A stretch of DNA of 64,000 bases, taken from NCBI GenBank assembly GCA_937899865.1, contig CALBRH010000013.1:1-64000 (forward strand), written 5' to 3'. The notes under the pieces were generated by a model. That model ran no database searches, was not told the origin of the DNA, and saw only the letters and a list, made by a program, of their open reading frames with translations. The stretch comes from an uncultured euryarchaeote (GTDB taxonomy: Archaea; Thermoplasmatota; Poseidoniia; Poseidoniales; Poseidoniaceae). The position numbers and the translations under genes are program-made. Position 1 is the stretch's first letter. Each line of letters starts with the position of its first letter. Positions 58,044-64,000 of the stretch are shown in pieces.

Positions 58044-58505
58044 ATGATAGGAGAGAAAGCCCCAGAATTTACACTAAAAAATACCGCAAAAGAATCAATT
58101 TCATTGTCAAGTTACAGAGGCAAGACAGTCATTTTAGCATTTTATCCAGGTGCTTTCACGGGCGTTTGCGATAAAGAAATGTGCGCATTTCAAGACAATA
58201 TGGCTAAACTAAACGATGCATCAGCAACTGTTATTGGTATTAGTGTCGATTCACCTTGGGCAAACGCAGAGTTTGCTAGAAAATATAGTTTAGAATTTGA
58301 ACTATTATCAGATTTAGATCGTGAAGTAGTTGAAGCATATGATGCGAAGTTCGTAGGACTTGGCGGCCTTGAAGGATATGTTTCTGCTAACAGAGTAGTC
58401 GTTGTTATTGACAAAGATGGTGTAGTACAACATCACTGGGTCGCTGAGAACCCTGGTGTTGAGCCTGATTATGATTCAATAGTCGGATTAGCAGAATCTC
58501 TTTGA
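58044..58505 (+). CDS. Peroxiredoxin (AhpC/Bcp-like)
   Basis: FYPGAFTGVCDKEMC, GISVDSP, LLSD, ANRVVVVID. Confidence 0.92.
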   Translation: MIGEKAPEFTLKNTAKESISLSSYRGKTVILAFYPGAFTGVCDKEMCAFQDNMAKLNDASATVIGISVDSPWANAEFARKYSLEFELLSDLDREVVEAYDAKFVGLGGLEGYVSANRVVVVIDKDGVVQHHWVAENPGVEPDYDSIVGLAESL

Positions 58506-58536
58506 GCAGTTCCTGTAGAGTTGCAGAGATGATTGG

Positions 58537-59364
58537 ATGGTAAATTCAACCATCATATTGTACGGTGTTTTTGCCGGCTTAGTAGCGATTTTAGTCACAG
58601 TCGCAATTGAGAGATTTGGTGGTTTTATTGGTGGTGTTTTAGGAACTATTCCATCAACAATTATTCCAGCCGCAGCAGGAGTATATGCAATCGAAGGAGA
58701 ACAATCCCTAATTGCCAGTATGTCAGTTGTACCAATTGGCATGCTAATCAATGGCATGTTTCTTGGAGTATGGATTGTGTTTCCAAAATATATCAATAAA
58801 GATAATCTAAAACTTCCAATCACTACTTTAGTTTCGCTTGGTACTTGGGCAATTTTAGCTTTCATTAGTTTGCTAATTGCAAGACAGGTTACTGATGGAA
58901 TGATTAGTGAGGTAATGTTGGGAATAATAGGTTTAGTTGCGCTTGCGATTCTAGCAATACGATTCAATATTCGAAGCCGAGATGCTCCTAAAGGCAAGAA
59001 TAAAGTTCCATTAGTAATATTGTCAATAAGAGGAATTGCTGCTGGTTTAGCAATCGCTGCTTGTTTGGTTCTAGCAGAGTTAGGATTGCCATTTGTAGCC
59101 GGACTAGCAAGCGCTTTTCCAGCTATTTTCTTAACCAGTATGGTGGCATTATGGATTTCTCAAGGGCCACAAGTTCCCCAAGGAGCAGCAGCACCAATGA
59201 TGCTTGGTGGAGCTAGTGTTTCGGTTTATGCGTTACTTGCAATGTGGTCATTGCCATCATTTGGCATCGTAATCGGTTCAATAGTTGCTTGGTTTGGTGC
59301 TGTCGGATTGTGGACAATTCCAGCATTTTTGCTACTTAGAAAACACCGCTTAAGCATTGATTGA
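58537..59364 (+). CDS. Hypothetical multi-TM protein with internal duplication (DUF3147-like)
   Basis: Two homologous halves: GFIGGVLGTIPSTIIPA and PFVAGLASAFPAIFLTS. Confidence 0.7.
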   Translation: MVNSTIILYGVFAGLVAILVTVAIERFGGFIGGVLGTIPSTIIPAAAGVYAIEGEQSLIASMSVVPIGMLINGMFLGVWIVFPKYINKDNLKLPITTLVSLGTWAILAFISLLIARQVTDGMISEVMLGIIGLVALAILAIRFNIRSRDAPKGKNKVPLVILSIRGIAAGLAIAACLVLAELGLPFVAGLASAFPAIFLTSMVALWISQGPQVPQGAAAPMMLGGASVSVYALLAMWSLPSFGIVIGSIVAWFGAVGLWTIPAFLLLRKHRLSID

Positions 59365-59649
59365 GCGAATCCATCTTTCTTTTCCTGGGATTTCGATCAC
59401 GTCACAATGGACAGAACGCACATCCTTTATTGACAGTAATTTTTCTCTTAATTGGCTTGCATTTAATAGACAACAAGGGCAATGAGGATGCTTTGGCAAT
59501 ATGGTGAAATTGATATCTCCTTCATCACTTATTTCCATTGCCTGAACAATTCCGGATTCTTTGTATGAAACTTCTTCATGAGGGTCTTTCCATTTTGAAA
59601 ACACTTGGATTACTTTCACTTTCAGTGAACGCAAGCGCTTCTCTTTCAT
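59350..59649 (-). CDS. DUF59/SufT (MIP18)-like FeS assembly protein
   Basis: KDPHEEVS...GIV..MEI...PKHPHCPC resembles DPE...LGxV...TxPxCP. Confidence 0.6.
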   Translation of the reverse strand: MKEKRLRSLKVKVIQVFSKWKDPHEEVSYKESGIVQAMEISDEGDINFTILPKHPHCPCCLLNASQLREKLLSIKDVRSVHCDVIEIPGKERWIRSINA

Positions 59650-59686
59650 GGTTTATGCTGGCGTTATTGCCTTATGAGTTATTGCC

Positions 59687-59899
59687 TTATTCTGACAATT
59701 TCATCTCTATATCAGATAGTCGCATTTCGTTCAATTTTCCTTCAGCGCTGGCTAATTCTTGCTGACAAAAGTCAAGTAATTTTGCTCCTTCCTCATACAA
59801 TTTCAAAGTCTCATCAAGAGGTATGCCGCCACGCTCTAGAGCTTGGACAATTTCTTCTAACCGTTCTATTGCTTTACCATAATTCATTTCTTCACTCAT
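59687..59899 (-). CDS. xseB: Exodeoxyribonuclease VII small subunit
   Basis: YGKAIERLEEIVQALE.G.IPLDETLKLYEEG..L...C...L..AE; adjacent to xseA. Confidence 0.92.
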   Translation of the reverse strand: MSEEMNYGKAIERLEEIVQALERGGIPLDETLKLYEEGAKLLDFCQQELASAEGKLNEMRLSDIEMKLSE

Positions 59900-61157
59900 T
59901 GTTTTCACCTTTTTTCTCTATTTCATCGATTGTTGCTTTTGCACTACCGTCACTCAAAGCAAGAATCACTTGCTGACCCTTTGCTAAATCTTTGGTATTG
60001 CTTACTAATGCACCAGTTCCATCAGTAATCATACTGTATCCTCTATCCAAAACATTTCTTGGATGAGCTGAATTTAGTGATGATTTGATTACGGCTAATT
60101 TTGTTGTTTCACTCGCCAGTGATTTCTGCATAGATAATTGCATTGCATTACACAGGAATTGCAATTTTTTCCTGGCATTGTAAACTCCTTTGAGTGGTGC
60201 ATTAAGCAGCCGAGACTGGATCAATTGAATTCTACTTCTACAATCAAGAAATAGTCGATTTGTTGCCTCATCTAATCGTTCTAAAAAGTGAATAGATAAC
60301 TGTTGTTGATAATCATATTCAGGAACGCATCGCTCTATCGCATTTGATGGAGTAGATGCACGCAAATCTGCTACCAAATCTGAAACCAATATGTCTGATT
60401 CATGACCAACTGCTGAAACAACCGGAATGTTTGATGCGATAATTGCTCGAACGACCGGTTCAAGATTAAATGCCCATAAATCTTCAGGAGAACCGCCTCC
60501 ACGGCCTACGATAATCAAATCTACAGGAGGTAAATCCAATTTCATAGCAATCGCTGGATTAGATAATTTTCCAGCTGCTAATATTGCTCGAACAATTTCA
60601 TTTGGCGCATTTTCACCTTGGACAGTTACTCCAATAATGGTTCTTCTAAGTCCAGGCCAACGGTTCTCAATCAAGCGATTCATATCAGCTAGTGCTGCAG
60701 AGGCAGTGCCAGTAATTATGGCGATATGTTTGGGAATCATTGGTAATGTCATTCTTGGACGATCTAACAGCCCTTCTTTTCGTAATGTTTCAATAAGGAG
60801 TTTTTTTTGTTCTTCGAGAAGTCCTAATTTGTTTACCGGCTCAATTTTATTTACCACCAATTGAATCTTACCAGCTTTGGCGTAGAGGTCGAGATTAGCG
60901 ATTACTACGACAACACTTCCTTCTTCGATAATTGGGTCGATATGGCACCTACCCTTCCATATTACAGCGTTGATTTGGCCATCTGAATCTCTTAATGTGA
61001 AATATGTATGACCACTTGGATATTGTTTCCATTGAGTTATTTCGCCAGTGATAACTTGATTTTGAAATAACTTATCACTTCTTAATGTATTTCTTACCAA
61101 ATTGACAAATTGTCCAACTGGTATTGGCCCGGTAGTTAGTTCACTGCCGCGGCTCAT
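59892..61157 (-). CDS. xseA: Exodeoxyribonuclease VII large subunit
   Basis: GEITQW..YPSGHTYFTLRD, IVGRGGGSPEDLWAFN, VSAVGHESD, ADLRASTPS, VLDRGYS. Confidence 0.95.
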   Translation of the reverse strand: MSRGSELTTGPIPVGQFVNLVRNTLRSDKLFQNQVITGEITQWKQYPSGHTYFTLRDSDGQINAVIWKGRCHIDPIIEEGSVVVVIANLDLYAKAGKIQLVVNKIEPVNKLGLLEEQKKLLIETLRKEGLLDRPRMTLPMIPKHIAIITGTASAALADMNRLIENRWPGLRRTIIGVTVQGENAPNEIVRAILAAGKLSNPAIAMKLDLPPVDLIIVGRGGGSPEDLWAFNLEPVVRAIIASNIPVVSAVGHESDILVSDLVADLRASTPSNAIERCVPEYDYQQQLSIHFLERLDEATNRLFLDCRSRIQLIQSRLLNAPLKGVYNARKKLQFLCNAMQLSMQKSLASETTKLAVIKSSLNSAHPRNVLDRGYSMITDGTGALVSNTKDLAKGQQVILALSDGSAKATIDEIEKKGENNE

Positions 61158-61198
61158 ATTGTTTTATTATAGTCAAGGGTTATTGAACATGTTCAACA

Positions 61199-61399
61199 TT
61201 ATTCTTCAGACGATTGTCGATTATCTTGCTTAGCCAACTCCCTTCGTTGTCTGGTTTGGAAATTTTGCCTTAATTCAACCTCATCGAGCTTTTTCTTGAT
61301 TTTGTTGCGTAAAAACCGAACCACAATTACAACCGCAACTATGTCAATGATTAGAATCAACCATTCAACATAAGTCCAATTGCTAAACATTTGAATCAC
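61199..61399 (-). CDS. Small hypothetical membrane protein
   Basis: One TM helix plus a charged tail; abuts the ferredoxin stop codon. Confidence 0.6.
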   Translation of the reverse strand: MIQMFSNWTYVEWLILIIDIVAVVIVVRFLRNKIKKKLDEVELRQNFQTRQRRELAKQDNRQSSEE

Positions 61400-61729
61400 T
61401 CACAGGGGCGGCCGGATATCGATTTCACAATCATCGACAGGAATTCCAATACATCCTAACCGAGCACCTTGTTCAACCATATAATCATCTAATCCAGGAG
61501 GTAATATTTCTGGTAAAGGCACATCACCAGAGAGTAAAGTAATCATGCAAGTACCACACGTTCCAGAGGTACAGTTGGTTGGAATATTGACTCCAGCCGA
61601 TTCTGCGTGTTCTACAATAGTATCGCCTAATACGAGTCTTGTTTGACCTAGTAATTTAGCACCGATGAAGAAACGGACAAGTTTGATTTGTTGCTCAAAA
61701 TTCTCATCATGAGAATCGGAATTGCTCAT
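61400..61729 (-). CDS. 2Fe-2S ferredoxin
   Basis: CTSGTCGTC...RLGC (CX4CX2C...C). Confidence 0.9.
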   Translation of the reverse strand: MSNSDSHDENFEQQIKLVRFFIGAKLLGQTRLVLGDTIVEHAESAGVNIPTNCTSGTCGTCMITLLSGDVPLPEILPPGLDDYMVEQGARLGCIGIPVDDCEIDIRPPL

Positions 61730-61738
61730 TCAATCGCC

Positions 61739-62830
61739 TCATCGGACATCTTTGTGGCGAGTCCAGCGACCGGTTTGTTTGTTGAAGAACAGGCCTGCTT
61801 TCTTCATCCACTTGTTGAACTTAGTTGCACCTGCACCAGTTCTCAAGATGAAATCTTCACGGTCTTCTTGGGCCTGAATATAGTCCTTTGCCGCAAGGGT
61901 TTGGTCAATCCAGTCATTGATATCCATTAGGCCGCCACCTAGTGTACTCTCTTCAACAACTCGACTCATTTCATCTGCATTAGCACCGGTTTGCTCAAGA
62001 TCTTTCTTGATCATATCATTAACAGATGAGAAATCCATTGCTGCTGGCTTAGGCGGTACAGGGTTACGTGGACGCTTATCTTCTTCAATCAAGATACGGC
62101 TTCCATTGGCTAATCGCTCTTCGACATTAGTAGCAAGTTCTGGAGAGAAAGTCTCTTCACATTCCCAACAGATGAATGACCATTCATTGGGGTTGTCCAT
62201 GTCTCTTGCTTGGCGAGGGTCCATTTCATCGCCACAGATTGGACATGCATGGAAGATAAGAGCAGGAACGTATTTGCGTCTAAAATCAACAATATCTTGT
62301 GGAGTACCTTCTAGTTCAAGCATTTCGTGGTCTCTTGCTGCTTCAAGGCCTCTTGTCTCAAGTTGATCTCGAATCTTGACTTTCTGGTCATCCTTTCCTT
62401 CATCATAGAGATTGTTTTCTAATTTTACAATTAATTCAACAGTTTTACCTAAGCGATTCATGATGAGTTTCTTGGCTCTAAAGGCTTCAACCTTAGCAAT
62501 CTTAAGTCGCTCTTTTTGTTCGGCAAGCTCAGTTAATACATCCTTTTGCTTACGCTTGAATTTAATCTCTTCAATCTTTGAATCGACTTTCTTTTCAGGT
62601 GCTAAAACTGAAGCTAGAAATCTTTCTTTACCATGTGAAGAGTGTGCTGAGTTGATGATTGAAATTACCCCATCAGCGATATCGGCTTTCAAACCATAGT
62701 TCTCAACTAGCATGTTGCGATCGATTTTCTTCAAATCGCCAATCTTTAGTCCAGCATCGGCTAATTGTTGTGCTGTCGTGTCATCAATTCCACGTCTTAA
62801 TAGTGCAAGATATGTGTCCTTCTTTGCCAT
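61739..62830 (-). CDS. Hypothetical protein with N-terminal HhH-like motif, coiled coil and Zn ribbon
   Basis: LLRRGIDDTTAQQLADAG; CPICG...CWECE. Start MAKKDT at 62830. Confidence 0.7.
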   Translation of the reverse strand: MAKKDTYLALLRRGIDDTTAQQLADAGLKIGDLKKIDRNMLVENYGLKADIADGVISIINSAHSSHGKERFLASVLAPEKKVDSKIEEIKFKRKQKDVLTELAEQKERLKIAKVEAFRAKKLIMNRLGKTVELIVKLENNLYDEGKDDQKVKIRDQLETRGLEAARDHEMLELEGTPQDIVDFRRKYVPALIFHACPICGDEMDPRQARDMDNPNEWSFICWECEETFSPELATNVEERLANGSRILIEEDKRPRNPVPPKPAAMDFSSVNDMIKKDLEQTGANADEMSRVVEESTLGGGLMDINDWIDQTLAAKDYIQAQEDREDFILRTGAGATKFNKWMKKAGLFFNKQTGRWTRHKDVR

Positions 62831-62944
62831 AGCATCCCCTCCGACAAGTGCAGGCCAAGCGTCACTCCTAAGAAAAACCTCTCGTATCAAAAAACATTGA
62901 ATTTACTAGTATAATGCAGCAAAAAAGCAACATTGTGAGCCTAT

Positions 62945-63820
62945 TCACTCCTCTTCGCTAAATTTTACAAAATCTTGTGTCAACTCTATCCAATCATCAA
63001 AATCTAACTCTTCTGGACGAGCATCCATTCTTTCATCATCGATTAATTTTGAATAGGAATTCTTCCAACGTTGTGAGTACCAATTTGGAACTCTGTTTAA
63101 TCTCCTTGGAACTGATTTAAGACTGGTTCTAAGTTTCTTACGTCGTTGACTAAATGCTTGGTGGATTAGTTGTTTAACCAAACGTTTGTCGACCGGGAAC
63201 TCTTCATGACTTGGTATCATTTCGATAAAGCAAGAATTCACTTTAGGATTTGGGCTAAAATGATGCGGCGCCACCTTTGCCAAAATTTCACATTGCCAAT
63301 CAAGTAAAGCGGTCATGCCAAGTGAACCAACATCGGATTCATATTCCATGACTAATCTTTCAGCGAATTCTTCTTGAACAAGTAAGATAACTTTTACCAA
63401 ACAATCCTGCCACTGGTCGCGCAAAAATCTTGTCAATAAATCGATTAATGGTGAAGAAATCTGGTAAGGGATATTTGCTACAACCTTAGTTACATTAGGT
63501 GGCCATTTGAGTTGTAATGCGTCTCCATGGTGAAGGATCAAGTCCTTGTTAGCAATATCTTTAGAAAATACATTGCGAAGATGTCCAACAGCTCCAGCAT
63601 CGATTTCAATTGCAGTAACTTTGCAGCCTATTGCTAGTAAAGCCTCGGTCAATACCCCCGGACCTGGGCCGATTTCCAATATGTGGTCATCTGCTGAAAC
63701 TTCACCGAATTCAATTGATTTGGCAATTAATTCATCATTGATGAGGAAATGTTGCCCAAGAGATTTGTCATTATCTTGGATACTACGCAACAAGTCTACG
63801 AGTTGCCTTGCTCCTCTCAT
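62945..63820 (-). CDS. rsmA: 16S rRNA adenine dimethyltransferase RsmA/KsgA
   Basis: KSLGQHFL, LEIGPGPG, VANIPYQISSP, FSPNPKVNS, AFSQRRKKL, RPEEL. Confidence 0.95.
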   Translation of the reverse strand: MRGARQLVDLLRSIQDNDKSLGQHFLINDELIAKSIEFGEVSADDHILEIGPGPGVLTEALLAIGCKVTAIEIDAGAVGHLRNVFSKDIANKDLILHHGDALQLKWPPNVTKVVANIPYQISSPLIDLLTRFLRDQWQDCLVKVILLVQEEFAERLVMEYESDVGSLGMTALLDWQCEILAKVAPHHFSPNPKVNSCFIEMIPSHEEFPVDKRLVKQLIHQAFSQRRKKLRTSLKSVPRRLNRVPNWYSQRWKNSYSKLIDDERMDARPEELDFDDWIELTQDFVKFSEEE

Positions 63821-64000
63821 GCTGACACCGGTAACAGAAGTTCTGAAAGGCGAGGTTGTAGATTTTTGTCTTCAATTTCAGCAACAAAGCGCTTTGCTAA
63901 TAGTTCAGCAGCATCTATGGCGCATGATTCATTCAATTGTTCTAATGATGAGAATCCACTGGAGCCTCGAATTTCGACCATTTGTAAAGCCTTCTTTTTA
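63817..64000 (-). CDS. C-terminal fragment of a DUF655-like RNA-binding protein (starts beyond the window)
   Basis: Translated manually: KKKALQMVEIRGSSGFSSLEQLNESCAIDAAELLAKRFVAEIEDKNLQPRLSELLLPVSA*. ATGA overlap with the rsmA start; DUF655 commonly precedes rsmA in archaea. Confidence 0.65.
   Translation of the reverse strand, partial: KKKALQMVEIRGSSGFSSLEQLNESCAIDAAELLAKRFVAEIEDKNLQPRLSELLLPVSA

Noticed and set aside
1-64000. Transposons, prophage/provirus, rRNA genes or replication origin
   Set aside because: No transposase, integrase, capsid/terminase, rRNA-like sequence, or cdc6/ORB cluster was recognised.

Overview
This is a low-GC (roughly 38-40% by eye, not computed), gene-dense archaeal chromosomal segment. 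It is most consistent with Marine Group II Euryarchaeota (Ca. Poseidoniales), an inference from gene content: archaeal radA, ftsZ, RaSEA, a DUF655-rsmA pair, an initiator tRNA-Met with an A1:U72 pair, LAGC lipoproteins, many peptidases, giant membrane-anchored surface proteins and several bacterial-type genes (xseAB, rlmH, maeB, pabB/A). Most of the window is housekeeping or metabolic. There is no transposase, integrase, rRNA or CRISPR array. The first ~4.9 kb looks accessory. There, a solo RNase H-fold/3'-5' exonuclease gene is bracketed by GC-richer palindromic flanks: a near-identical 15-bp palindrome on each side, plus four GGG-n-CCC palindromes spaced ~30.5 bp apart upstream. Nearby is a TerB-like/transmembrane/lipoxygenase-like fusion with the HxxxH pentamer known from Mn-lipoxygenases. 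Other notable items are a multi-histone-fold protein (57.2 kb), a heme-copper-oxidase-like membrane protein lacking its His ligands and fused to EF-hands and a SAP-like domain (9.3 kb), an 1131-aa helical protein ending in an intact PIN domain (34.6 kb) and a ~2800-aa beta-propeller/Fn3 surface protein (16-24.5 kb). All family calls come from motif recognition by eye; no database searches were run.
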